A stretch of DNA of 63,997 nt, the filler included, from Stramenopiles sp. TOSAG23-2 (taxonomy: Eukaryota), in the NCBI GenBank assembly GCA_900128395.1. It is 18 parts of 18 records of this genome, joined end to end, with 100 filler letters (N's around TTAATTAATTAA, not from the genome) between each part and the next. Parts side by side here need not be neighbours in the genome. Positions count along the whole stretch, not along the records: positions 32,168 to 35,631 come from LT651200.1; positions 35,732 to 39,194 come from LT651201.1; positions 39,295 to 42,753 come from LT651202.1; positions 42,854 to 46,310 come from LT651203.1; 14 more parts are not named here. One strand, written 5' to 3'. Positions 32,168 to 44,660 of this stretch are shown in pieces; positions within the stretch are counted from its first letter, which is position 1, and every line of letters starts with the position of its first letter. The notes beneath the pieces are model-generated. The model was not told where the DNA came from and ran no database searches. It saw nothing but the letters and a program-made list of their open reading frames with translations. A program made the translations under genes and the position numbers.

Positions 32168-35100
32168 AATTTTGAGAGAAAAAAAGATCGCTCCGCTTCC
32201 AAATTTATATTGTTAAATAGATGTACGATGCTAATTCCTTTGCTTAAAAAAGATGCAGAAGCAAATTTCGCAGATAATGCAGGTGGAACATCACAATTAA
32301 ACTCCCTTCCCAATGACTGTGACGCTGCATATATATTTCCCGTCTCCAATGCAGTATAACATTGGTCAGTCAAGGTTGGAAATTGTACTCTTATTGATAT
32401 ACCTTTATTTCTTAAATACAACGGACATTCCGTGCATGATACGTAAGCGGTTAACTTGCCTTCCTTTACACGTGATTTTAACAATGAATCGATTGCATCT
32501 TCCCTTGCGTATGTCAAAGCAAAATTCAAGTTCTGTCCATTAACTTTAACGTTTTGGAGCATTTCTTCAACTAGTCCTAATCGATATGCATCGGTGGGGT
32601 GTACAGCATAAATTTCTTTACATGTTGCTACCGCAGTTGAATCGCATATCTCTGGGATATACTGTCCCTCATTATTTAAATATTTATACGTTGTGCTATC
32701 CGCAACGAGTTGCTCTACTCCATTTTCAATAGCACTTACTTTGCCACTTCTGTTCATCGTGTTTAAATTAGGCAATAATGCTTGTATTTCTACTCTTAAT
32801 AAACTGAGATAATGTTCTAATACTAATGTATCGCCGTCAGTTCCAAGTTTTTCTCGGTCTACAGCTATAAATATTCCGACATGTTTCGATATCCCTATGC
32901 TTCCTTGTGTTGCGACTGTTTTTTTCTCATTAGCGTATGTGTTAAGTAGATTGCTAGAACCTGTCATATCCAAATTAAGCATAGCATCTACCAATCCAAA
33001 ATGAATCTGTTGAATTAATGACGGTGTCCCAGGGTCATTTAATGGCTGTATTGTTACATCGTATTTTAAGATATCTGTAGCTATTTTTCCAAAGATACGT
33101 GTTGCTATCGCTGCAATAGCATCGTTTTGCTGCAATCCTATGATTACATTTGGATGCCTTCGATCCACTGCGTGTGGTTGCCATACTTGAGTGTTGGTAT
33201 TTAACCATTTGCAAGCTGCTTTGTTGACTTTATTAGGATATGTCTTATGCAGTTCTTTGCCCATCAAATGTTGTATGTCTATATCTGACAGTGTTAAACC
33301 ATTTAAGAATGACAACGCATCTTGAAACCACGGTTCTGTAGCTAGTTTTTTTCTAATTCCAACTCGAAATATATCGGATTTGAAATCGCATTTGTGTACA
33401 TTTTCCTCCATGCCCCACTTTTCTTCTGAAAACAGCGGAAGAGATATGCGTGTCAAAGGCATATTGCTATAAAATGGGTCAGGAACCCAGCCATAGAAAA
33501 CGCTAATCTTGTCCTCCATCTTCATCAATTCTTCTTTGTATGTTGCATTTTTCGTAAATGCAATTGAAAAATTTAATCCCAATCCAGTAATTTGTTTTGC
33601 AACATCCTCGTTAAATTCTGGCGATGTTCCAATCAGTTCTGGGCAATGTATATCAGAATCGTAGCAGCTTGGAGATTTCCAAATATGCGTGTTGCTGTTG
33701 CATTGGCTGTTGAAGGTAGCACTTGTTAAAGCAGATGTACATCCTTTAAAACCATCGTTTCTAATTGGTTGAAACGTCGTTCCTAAAGGATGCATTGAGT
33801 TGATAACGCTTGGAGATTTGTAAGCACGAAAAATATCCAATGGTACACTTTTCATTTTATGAAGTGCCGGTGTATTGATGTACCACCCTTTCAATCCTTT
33901 ATAACCAGATTCGTGTAAAAAAGTAATATTGTCGTTATAATTTCCTTTCTTGTACACTTCCCATAACTCAAAATCATAATCGATACCTTCATCAGCAATT
34001 AGGGCATCATATTGATTGTTTAGATTGTTTGAGGTTAAATATATTTTGTCTCGCACTTTTACATCATAACCTAACATTTCTTTGAGGACAATTGCGATTG
34101 CTTCATTTGCAACATCGTTTGACGCCCAACGCCCAGATGTGTAATATATTGTGTTTCTTCTTGATCTTGGCACAACAGGAGCGAAATCTTTTAAACACCT
34201 AGCAGTATTGTCTAGATTATTATTGTATGTTTTCATGGTAAGACCACATGCATTATCTCCGCGAAATGTTTCACAAGGTTCGCACTGTTCACATAAAAAA
34301 CATGTTTGAGGATTCTTGTTGAACATGTCATATTGAGTTCCAAACGGACAGATGGTAGCCTTTCCAGGGGCAGGATATACCATTGGTTTAGTTGCTACTA
34401 ACGGAGGTGCTACACACGTATCTATAAATGGTATGCGCGTATCGGACGGTGACGATGATGACGTCGTTGTTGATGTCAATGTTGTTGTGGGGGGCAAGAT
34501 CTGACTTGATGAACCGGTTCGTCCATCGTTTCTACGATTTTTATCAAAAGTGATTGGCCCGTAAATACTAGTTTTAATTGTCAAAGTCTCCAGTTGTCTT
34601 CTTGCATTTTCATATTTTACAGCGTCATGCCGGCTTAAATAACTTTCTATGGCTGGAAGAGATGTAAATCCTAAATCAATGTTTTGAAATAAGCGTTGGA
34701 CTAATTTGTAATACGTATATGGTATTGCATACCCACTTATTAGATCATAGTTTGAATGAAATCCTTCTTGTGCCATTACATAATTTATTATTTCTTGGCC
34801 GTTGTTGAAAAACTCATCACCATACGTCATACTTGCATGCCATTGCCCAGCGCCAATGGCATAGTTATAATTATCGGATGTTGCAATCCGAAGTTGATCC
34901 CATGCAGTACACGTCATCCATAAACCTTTTGGTTGACATGTGCCCATGGATCTCCATTTTTGAATAATAATATCAGCTTCTATATTTCTCATGCATAGCA
35001 TGTAAATGTCAGCATTTGAATTGCAAAGTTTCACGGCAATATCTTCTAAAAAATCCGGATCATTCATATTTGGAATACCATCTAAATCTTGATCATCGTC

Positions 35101-35631
35101 AGGCATTGCAAATATTCTAGGCATTGCAAGTTGGATGCCTAGACTCTTGGCGTAGTCTACACCATCTCCACAAGTTGAATTGAAAAATATACTAACAGCC
35201 CATCCAGCCACGGCAAGTGTTTTTGCACCAAATTGTTGATAAAATTTCATTGCAGGATAACTATACGTATTAGATGGCACATGCATGCCAAAAAGATACA
35301 AATTTTCATCTTCTTCATAGAAATAATTAGGACCAGCGTTCGCCAAAAGTATCACTTTATGTTTTTTGATAATAGAACGCTCTAAATCACTATCTGAACC
35401 ACCAGTTCCCAAGACAAAAGAAAAATTATACCCTGACATTGTACTATTTAACATGTAATTCAAAACAAAAGCATGTTGTTCTCTATAATAGTTTCTTGAT
35501 CTATGGTTTCCAACTTGAAGCAGTACATATCGAATATGTGCATATTTTTTTACGCCAGATGTCTTATATCCAATTGGAAACCCATGGCCATCATTCATAG
35601 CATTTAATTTCTGTACACTTATATATCCATG
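32168..35631 (-). CDS. Large extracellular sensor protein: type I periplasmic-binding (Venus flytrap) domain, Cys-rich linker, two glycine-betaine-binding-like domains; both ends truncated
   Basis: AGP..FY, YLFGMH, QWHASMTYGDEFF and TSIYGPITFD..RRN; CFLCEQCEPC; WASNDVANEAIAIVLKEMLGYDV, DFELW, FYGWVPD, RISLP and ACKWL; a second degenerate copy has DILKYDVTI and RVQFP. Open across the whole contig. Confidence 0.7.
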
Positions 35632-35731
35632 NNNNNNNNNNNNNNNNNNNNNNNNNNNNNNNNNNNNNNNNNNNNTTAATTAATTAANNNNNNNNNNNNN
35701 NNNNNNNNNNNNNNNNNNNNNNNNNNNNNNN

Positions 35732-38353
35732 GGAACCAATGCACCAAGACTAGAACCGAAATTGATTCAAAATTATGAAATTACACCAAAATCATCCGCA
35801 GCAAGTATGTCAAAAGATGGTAGTAGTAGTAAAAATGGTAATCACAATTTGACGTCATCTGGTCCTCTATTTAAATCTGTAAATACTGCACCAGATGCAG
35901 AAAATGTTGCGGTATCTGGAGATTTATATCTATTTACAAATAGACAAGGCAAGAAGCAAATTTGGCAACGGGAAGAGAAAGAGGATGTGTTAACAAAGAT
36001 ACGTTTTCATGATATAAAGGATGATGGGAAGGTATATGTACAACTCTCAGCTGCAAAAGTGTGGACTAAAGTTCAAGAAGCAAAGCCAGTAAATGTAGAA
36101 TCTGAAACACGTGATGATGACAAAGAACAACAAACATTAAATAAAGAAGTCCAAGAATTAATTAATACAAAAAATAAATTGGAAGCCGAAATATATGAGT
36201 TGAAAAATAAGAAAAGAAAAGCCAATGAATACGATCATGAATTGCAATTACAAAATAATGATAATAATAAAAAGAAGAAGAAACCAAATAACATTGGGTC
36301 AAACAGTACACAGGTCAACAAAAGTGCTCAAACAACTACTGGAAATTTTACAAAAACTGATGTAATTGATCAGCATAGTATGCGGAAAAGAAGAAAACAA
36401 AGATGGACACAACAGGATCAAGAGAGACTATGGATTTTGTATACAAGATTTAAAAACGATAGTGATAAATGGGGAAAACTTGCAGAAAATTTTTCTTCTC
36501 GGTCAATGGAAGCAATTCGGAAACGAATTGTTTTAATAAAGAGCGAAATTAAATTGTGGAGCGATGAAGATAAACGACTGTTGTGGAAAACATATACAAA
36601 TCTAAAACATGATGAAAATAAATGGGGGAAACTCCTGAAAACATTTGTAGGTCGAACAAAAAATGCAATGATAAGGCAAATTTCAATTTTAAGACAACAG
36701 AATGTTGCTAACCGCGAAGAAAGTGAAAGCAGTAGCGAGGAGGAAAGTGAAAATAGCAGCAGCGACGAAGACGAAAATGAAATTCAGAAAAGTAGTTGTG
36801 CCAGATGGGATGTGAGCGATAAACAATTGTTGTGGCAACTGTATGAAAAAGTTGAGAATGACGATGACAAATGGGGGAAAATTGCAACGATGTTTCCTGG
36901 TCGATCAGAAGTAGCACTTCAAGTTCAAATTGGAATTTTAAGACGGCAGAGTAAAGAAGAGGAGCAATGTGAAAGCAGTAGCGAGGAGGAAAGTGAAAAT
37001 AGCAGCAGCGACGAAGAGGAAAATGAAATTGAGAAAAGCAGCCGTAGCAAATGGGATGCACAAGATAAGCAATTATTATGGCAGCTGTACAAAAAGTTTG
37101 AAAAGGATGATGATAAATGGGGGAAAATCGCAACAACGTTTCCCGGTCGATCAGAATTAGCACTTCAAGTTCAAATTGCAAATATAATTAAGACAAGCAG
37201 CGGAGCCAAATGGGATGTACAAGATAAGCAATTATTGTGGCAACTGTATAAAAAGTTTGAAAATGATGATGATAAATGGGGGAAAATCGTAACGTCGTTC
37301 CCGGGTCGATCAGAACTAGCACTTCAAGTTCAAATTGGATATTTAAGACGGCAGAAAAAAGCACCCCATAAAAAAAGCAACGCTAACACGATATTATATT
37401 TAAGACGGCAAAAAAAAGCATCCCAAAAACAAAACATACCCAACAAAAATCAACATAATGGTCATGGGGATCACAAAATTCGAGAAACAAATGATGTAGA
37501 TCAAAACATACAATCTACTGCCAGCATTCACGGGGTACCATTTATTAAAGGTAAACTTACATATCATCCAATTGCCAATAAATCGATTTTAACAGCAGAA
37601 TGGGCTTGGGACCAAAAACAATTGGAGTCAAATCAAATATATGCAAAAAATACCTGTTCATATGTCGGTAAGGGGGATAAACCAAAGAGCATGATAGGTA
37701 GTTTCAATATGTATACGGAAGTGGATACCCTTTTTGCTGATTCTGTCGCTGCCACAAAGGAATATCGAAACTTGACGTATGAAGAACAATTTGATAATTT
37801 GACCTATGTCATAGATAGTAGCAGCCGTAATAGTAAAAGTAATAATTATCAGATTAAAATTACTGGAAATGGTTTTAATAATTTTGGTAAATTTGAGATT
37901 AATGGAACATTAAACAAAATTCCAAATCAAAATGATGATGGAACACAAGAATGGCAAATTGTATTGCATAAACAGTACAAAGCGGTGCAGCTGGATCAAG
38001 GAATGCAAAATAAAAGGAAGAAAAATAAGAAGAAGAAAAACGTGGAGAATAAGAAAGAAGATAAATCATCAAATAATATTGCTATCTATTCTCGTAAATC
38101 AACAAGAGCACCACATAGTACAGTATTTACAATTGGTCCTCGTGGCCTCCAAGCCAGAACTAGTACCTCCCATAGTGTATGTGTAGATACAAATAATAAA
38201 AAAGAAAATGTTGTTGATAATAACAGTGCAAGTTATGTGAAAACGGCCCAGGCGAAAACAGCAATGACATCGTCTGTGGAATCGAGGGTTGGTGGTAGTA
38301 ATCGTAACACCAATTCCATTTTAACAAGTACAATGCAATTTTTAGCAAAATAA
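35732..38353 (+). CDS. Myb/SANT-repeat protein (5 repeats) with a C-terminal beta-rich domain, 5' truncated
   Basis: Five W..QD...LW..Y..F..D.DKWGK....F.GRS repeats; basic NLS-like tracts; C-terminal KITGNGFNNFGKFEINGTL..LHKQY. Confidence 0.8.
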   Translation, partial: GTNAPRLEPKLIQNYEITPKSSAASMSKDGSSSKNGNHNLTSSGPLFKSVNTAPDAENVAVSGDLYLFTNRQGKKQIWQREEKEDVLTKIRFHDIKDDGKVYVQLSAAKVWTKVQEAKPVNVESETRDDDKEQQTLNKEVQELINTKNKLEAEIYELKNKKRKANEYDHELQLQNNDNNKKKKKPNNIGSNSTQVNKSAQTTTGNFTKTDVIDQHSMRKRRKQRWTQQDQERLWILYTRFKNDSDKWGKLAENFSSRSMEAIRKRIVLIKSEIKLWSDEDKRLLWKTYTNLKHDENKWGKLLKTFVGRTKNAMIRQISILRQQNVANREESESSSEEESENSSSDEDENEIQKSSCARWDVSDKQLLWQLYEKVENDDDKWGKIATMFPGRSEVALQVQIGILRRQSKEEEQCESSSEEESENSSSDEEENEIEKSSRSKWDAQDKQLLWQLYKKFEKDDDKWGKIATTFPGRSELALQVQIANIIKTSSGAKWDVQDKQLLWQLYKKFENDDDKWGKIVTSFPGRSELALQVQIGYLRRQKKAPHKKSNANTILYLRRQKKASQKQNIPNKNQHNGHGDHKIRETNDVDQNIQSTASIHGVPFIKGKLTYHPIANKSILTAEWAWDQKQLESNQIYAKNTCSYVGKGDKPKSMIGSFNMYTEVDTLFADSVAATKEYRNLTYEEQFDNLTYVIDSSSRNSKSNNYQIKITGNGFNNFGKFEINGTLNKIPNQNDDGTQEWQIVLHKQYKAVQLDQGMQNKRKKNKKKKNVENKKEDKSSNNIAIYSRKSTRAPHSTVFTIGPRGLQARTSTSHSVCVDTNNKKENVVDNNSASYVKTAQAKTAMTSSVESRVGGSNRNTNSILTSTMQFLAK

Positions 38354-38552
38354 TAAAAAGACCGGTAAGCACGTAACACCAAGTTTAATGTGATATTGTA
38401 TATTAATTTATAGGTAAAGTGAATGATGATGTTCTGAAAATGTTCTAAATAATTATATTTCATGTATCAATGATATATTAGTAAAGTGAATGAGATGTAT
38501 ACTAATTTTGATCGATTTTGGTAAAGATGAAGTAATTGGATGAGAAGTTTAT

Positions 38553-38717
38553 TTCGTCAAAGGTGAACTCGTCAGAGGTGGAAATTGTTCATTTTAAAAA
38601 ATGTCACCTGCTCTAGACGACTAATTTACTTCGTCAGAGGTGAACTCGGCGCGGAGGTGGAAATTGTTCATTTTAAATGTCACCTGCTCCCTGCCCAGCC
38701 TGCTCTAGACGACTAAT
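38553..38717 (+). repeat. Imperfect tandem duplication of about 75-90 bp
   Basis: TTCGTCA.AGGTGAACTCG..GAGGTGGAAATTGTTCATTTTAAA..TGTCACCTGCTC..TAGACGACTAAT occurs twice; the second copy carries a 16-bp insertion. Confidence 0.85.
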
Positions 38718-39294
38718 GTTGTTGTCTATCATCTTGGCCGATATAGATGTATATTTGATCTCGTGTGTAAGTGATGGCTGGATGGTATATGGTATGTAGA
38801 GTGTAGAGAGGATCCTCTCTAATGGTATGTACCTAGTAAATAGATATAACATGATAATATTATTACAGTGCTATGTGGTGTATTTCTCTCTTAGCAGGTG
38901 AATACAACAACAGGACCAGCAGTTCTTCATCAAAAATTCATTAAAAAATAGAAAATATGAAGAAGACCAAGAAGATCAAATCTAGAAAGGATATAGAATC
39001 AGTTAACCTTCTTAAAAAAAAGAAGAATTTGTTAACATCATTGAATCGTCATAAAAGATTAATCAAACTATTATTTAAATTGTATTACATCGTTTTACAA
39101 TAATATTATTTTATTTTTTTTGTACTCATCATCATCAAAAATTTGATAAATTTACACATTTTCAATATTTTATAATATCTTAGTTCAAGAAAAANNNNNN
39201 NNNNNNNNNNNNNNNNNNNNNNNNNNNNNNNNNNNNNNTTAATTAATTAANNNNNNNNNNNNNNNNNNNNNNNNNNNNNNNNNNNNNNNNNNNN

Positions 39295-42200
39295 TAATCA
39301 CGTTGATATTTATGGTTGGCTGCCGTTTCAATTCCATCTTTACTGCACCAACTTTAATTGCAACTTGAATATTTGTCGCATTCCTTAATGCTTTGGAATC
39401 ATTTGGCAATTTTTCTTTCCTAGCCAGTTGTAATGCACCATTTAAAATAGATTTATCACCACTATCCGTAGCAACACGCAATACAACTTCAACAATCGCA
39501 TGTCGAACTTTTTTAATGCGTTCTTTAAGTTCATTTGGTACGTTCGCCTTAAACTTGGTTGCTAATGCTTCTGCATCATCAATTGACTTAAATACACGCG
39601 TTACTGTTGATTGCTCCTCATATTCTTTTAATGTATTTGCTCCTGCAACTTCCATATACGTCAAGACAGCATGTTTTGCATAATCAGTTGTCGTGTCATC
39701 ATTTTGGCTTCGAGCATTACGCCATCCGTACAACGGTGGATAATTACTAGCTGAATTTTTAGTACACATGACTTCATTTTCCCAATTTATCCAATTCCAT
39801 TCCTTTTCCTCTGCATCATATTTAAATGCACTGAAATTATTTCCACGCCATATTGTTTTATTGCCAGATTTTCCCATTGGAAAATAATACCCATCACCAA
39901 CACATAAACCATCTGAATCCATTTGGTCAAATGGCAATGTGCATTTTAATATTTCAGGAGGATCAAATGGATTGATATCAGCAACAGGGGAAGCAAGAAA
40001 ATTTTGCAATGCATTTGAGGGAATATAACATGCTTTGCCAGACATTTGAGAATGATATTTGTTTTCCGAGTTTTTCCCCTCATTTTCAGCAGTAACATTA
40101 AAACCTTGATCTTTTAAAAATACTTTTATGCAATCAAATATAGAGCCAAAACCAAAACAACCTGTTTTTGCTAAAAATATTATTAATGCTTGCTCCGCAA
40201 CACCATCAAATTTATCATTATTAATATTTCCAGGATTTTCACCACAGAAGAAAAGGTATTTTTTTAATGCACGGATTGTATCCCGATCCAATCTACCAGT
40301 TTTGTCTAAATTCGGTGTAGAACCACCTTTTTCATTCTTCTTCTTCGTTGTTTGTTGCACCTTTCGTTTATATACAGAACAAGTTGCATGCCCTTGGTAA
40401 ATATCATTCCACATACCATTGTGTCCAAATTGATGTACCCTATTTTCTCTTCCACCATGATTATTTGGTTCACGTGGGCTCCACTTTTCAAATTTCCATG
40501 GTGAACCATCTGTCCATTTCCAATGACGAGGACCTTTACCATTTCCGCCACCGATTCTATAGGCACCCAATAAAAATTCTCTGTGTTTAGCGACTTGGTT
40601 TCTAACAAATTGGGCCTCATGTTCACTTAAAATTGATACCATATTTGCATTAAATTTTTTTGCATTGTTATTATGACCATCATAGTTCATTCTCTGTTCA
40701 AATCCTTGATACACCAACCATTTGTCATTTTTCTTTTCTTCCTTTTTTTTCTCTTCACGATATATTTTTGTTTCTACCAACTCTGATGCAGCAATTCCTT
40801 CCAATCCATCTTTCCCAGATGCAGTCACAAAGTCCTTGCATGAATCTAAAATATGTGAAATGATTTTCATGACAAGCTTATCTTTCACTTCCTGTCTACT
40901 ATAAGTTTTCATTGGAACGCCAGTATTGAGAGATTTGCTGACATGTACAACATATCCAATTATTGTTTCATATCGTTGTAGTAATAGATAACATGATGCA
41001 TCATCTTCATCGGGGTCTTCATTACCTAATGCTATTGCAGCTTCTGTTTCAAATTGATCCAAAGCTTTTTTTGCTATATGAAACATTTCTTCTTGGACTT
41101 CAAATCGCAATGGGTCCAATTTATTAATCTCAAGAGCGTCAGCAGTTTCTAAAGATGCGTTTAGATCATTATAAAGCTTACTAGCAGTGTTAGACCCGTT
41201 CAATTGATCTATAGTTGCAAATTTCTTTCTTATGTTCAATTTGTTGTTTAGGGATGTGTAATTACTATTATCACTATCACTATCATTATTATCTCTAGTT
41301 ATCTCATATTTTTGTGGTGCCACTGTAGGTCGTATTTTTATTGGTTGTGGTTGAAACTTCTCTCGTTGCGTCTCAAAGCTTGGAGAGTAATAGGTGTCAC
41401 CACCGACACATAACATAAACTGTGCATTATCAGCAATTTGATGCGGTGTTGGTGCATTACTCCGTACGTAAGCGAGACAGTTTGCTCTCAGTTGTCCTCT
41501 CGAAGCTGGATTACTACTCAACCAATTGGTATTGGCAAAGCACCAAGCTCCGTTATAATGCCAGCACTTTAAGCCATTGTCATGGGGAGCCGTATAATAC
41601 GGGTACCCATGCTGATCTTGTCCAATTTGCCTCGTCCATTTATTATTGTAGTGTGTGAACCTCCCAAATCCTGAAGTATAAAAGTAATTTGGCGCACCAA
41701 CTCCATGGCCATCATTATATGCTAATGTTGGCGCTGGTGCGCTTTCTGGACCAGCGGGGACCCATCCAAGTTTGAGTGGTGGAGTTCCAACGCGTTCCCA
41801 CCGGTCGCCATCACTCCAAGTGATCCGCGTACCACTTATAGCAGCAGCAGCACCTTTACGGACATACTGCACTCCTGAAGCGCGCAGTGAATATTGTCTG
41901 AACCCCACAGCACCATCTTTTTCCCACATATTAATCTTACTTCCGCCGCGCACTAGTTTGTTACCCTGGATAACACCCGCATCGTTACTGCCTTTGCCGC
42001 CCATATGGGCTACCATACGACGACTCCAGGACCCTTGCAAATCTGCAAGTGTCACAGAATCTTTCTCATAACCACTAGGTTTTTTTTTTGGAGGTATTAC
42101 GACTTTCGTATAACCTGGGTAATTATGCCTGGGTAATTCTGCACCAGGATCACCACCCAAAGCTTGAAAGGCAATTGCTGAACCCTTGTCCCTCTTATGA

Positions 42201-42751
42201 ACCAACGTAACCTTCCCGTTTTTAACACCGAGCACAATATTAGGATCACCATTAGTTGAGATGGTGCCATTATTATTAAGTAACCAATGCCAATGGTTTT
42301 TCCATTCTGCGCTTCCTGTTGGTTGATCTGGATAGACCATTATGATATTATTTGGTACACATTTCATGCTACTAATGGCCAAAACCAAGCAGTTATTTGC
42401 CCGGGGTTTGTGGTGTGTGGACACATTGTAACCATTTGTTGGTGAGTCTAACATTACAAGTCGCTTTGTTGCTGGAATATACACAGCTCGTTGACCCACA
42501 CCACTTTTTAATATGACTTCATAACCATGCCCATGACTCACACGAGTCCTAGTTGCATACATTCCCATTCCAGGATGGGAGCTGCAAGTCAAAGAAAATC
42601 CATACTCCAACTTCTTAGCTTCAGATAAAGTTGGATAATCTCGTGCTTTTATATTCCAGCTTGGCGGCATTCGAATGTTGTTCTTGTTCCACAGTTTAAC
42701 TGCTTCATAACTCCAACCAGTCAATGGAATTGGTGGTAGTCTGTATTTCGC
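39295..42751 (-). CDS. Multidomain protein with a C-type lectin domain and a peptidoglycan-binding-like motif; both ends truncated
   Basis: MVSILSEHEAQFV..WKWTDGSPWKFEKWSPREPNNHGGREN..WNDI (EPN/WND); LDKTGRLDRDTIRALKKYL..NPG; a possible ricin-like segment WLLNNNGTIS..NIVLGV. Confidence 0.75.
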
Positions 42752-43192
42752 TCNNNNNNNNNNNNNNNNNNNNNNNNNNNNNNNNNNNNNNNNNNNNTTA
42801 ATTAATTAANNNNNNNNNNNNNNNNNNNNNNNNNNNNNNNNNNNNNNNNNNNNTGGGAGTATATGTGTTTGTATACATGAGTATATTTGTTTTTATTTTT
42901 TTGAACCATTTTTTATATTATTGATTTTTTTTTACACTCTAACCTTACTAGCTCTAGTTATAGTACTATTAACCTTTAACCTGGCCCAGTGGCTATTTAA
43001 GGTATTATACCGTATACACATACATGTTAATTATTATAATGTAATAAAAAACAACAACAACTCGCCGCGCCGCATTATTATTACCTGTAGTATTTATTAA
43101 AATAAAATAAATTATTTCTGTAATACAAATTACATAAATACATATACATATTAATCATAAGACTATTCGACAGTATATTAAAAATTATTACA

Positions 43193-44440
43193 ATGGCAAA
43201 GTTCCTTCAACAAGGTGGAAAAGATTGCGATGGCCAAACGACAGTTGTCATCCATTTCTTAGATAATTCATCTAAAACTGTCTTGACTAATGAAACTACA
43301 ACAGCTGGTGAAGTATTACAAGAAATGTATGGACGATTAATGATATCAGACCCAAAAATTCGTGTAGAGCATTTTGCACTTTACACATCGAATGGCGACA
43401 TTGTAGGGGATAGGATCACTACCAATGAAAAAATTTTAGATATGCAAATGTCATGTGCTAAAATAATCATGCAATTTAGATTATTAGTACACAGTATACC
43501 AGTATCAAGATGCTCTATGGTAAGGCATTTATTGTATATTCAAACGCTACATAATATTATTACTGAATATTATTATGTTTCAGCTGAAGATGCTGGAAGG
43601 TTAGCTGCGTTGTGTTTGCTTGAACGATACGGTGTTCCAAAAGACGATGATGCGGAGAAGTCGAAGGAAAGGGATATGATTTCTAGACATTTAGTGGAAT
43701 TAATACCTTCACGTTTATTGAAAACGAAGTCTACTGGGGAATGGACTCAACAAATATTTAGTATTTACAATAACTTTAAAAAAGATGAAAATGATCCTCG
43801 TGCAATGGATGATGCAAAAGGTTTGTACTTAAGTATGGTAGAGAATTTAGGATCAACGCGAGACGAGTTCCTTTGTACAATTTTTAAATGTAGACAGAAC
43901 TTTGATAAATCAATCGATAGAAATTGTCTTGTTGCAATAAATGCAGATGATATTCGCATTTTGGATGGCAGAACCTATGAAAAAAAGGAAGATTATGATT
44001 TAAATGAAATTTATCAATGGGGGTTTGATGAAGACACATTAAATTTTTATATTCGCATGTCAGATGAATCACAACAGCTCATCTTTGAAACGCAACAAGG
44101 GGTTGCAATGTCGACTTTATTAACTGATATTGCCATTGCAAGACTCAAAGATAACGAAAATTCTGAGGATGAAGAAAGTGATGAGGAAATGGAAGAGAAA
44201 GATTATAGTAGTAGTGCAGATGATGATGATGATAATGATCACGAAGATGATGATCTAAAGAAAATCGTGAAATTACAAGCCCAATGGCGATCTTCTTTAC
44301 ATCGCCATGTCATGAATAAAGAATATGCTGTAGTAATGTTACAAAGTGCATTCCGTGGATACAAGGCACGAGTGCAGTTTGACAAATACATCGAAATGGT
44401 TGAAAATGGAGAAGAAGATAAAGTGAAAGAGGGACTTTAA
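43193..44440 (+). CDS. FERM-domain protein with C-terminal IQ motifs
   Basis: IHFLDNSSKT..TTAGEV, HFALY, LLYIQ..II..YY.V..EDA..LAAL and a PH-like lobe (IYQWGF, FETQQG); KLQAQWRS and MLQSAFRGYKAR. Confidence 0.85.
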   Translation: MAKFLQQGGKDCDGQTTVVIHFLDNSSKTVLTNETTTAGEVLQEMYGRLMISDPKIRVEHFALYTSNGDIVGDRITTNEKILDMQMSCAKIIMQFRLLVHSIPVSRCSMVRHLLYIQTLHNIITEYYYVSAEDAGRLAALCLLERYGVPKDDDAEKSKERDMISRHLVELIPSRLLKTKSTGEWTQQIFSIYNNFKKDENDPRAMDDAKGLYLSMVENLGSTRDEFLCTIFKCRQNFDKSIDRNCLVAINADDIRILDGRTYEKKEDYDLNEIYQWGFDEDTLNFYIRMSDESQQLIFETQQGVAMSTLLTDIAIARLKDNENSEDEESDEEMEEKDYSSSADDDDDNDHEDDDLKKIVKLQAQWRSSLHRHVMNKEYAVVMLQSAFRGYKARVQFDKYIEMVENGEEDKVKEGL

Positions 44441-44660
44441 CATGCAAAGGATAGGGTTTAACCGAGCCATGTATACTTGCCGTGGTAAATAATATGTGCT
44501 CAATTTAAATTATCATATACACACATCATATATATTACGAACTTCGTATTTTTCATGCTCTTAAATACAAACTTTTTGTATAATATACGATTTATATACG
44601 AGAGTCGTACACTTTTAATTACTTCGTAATTACGCCGAGCTTCGTACCCTCTCAAACTTT

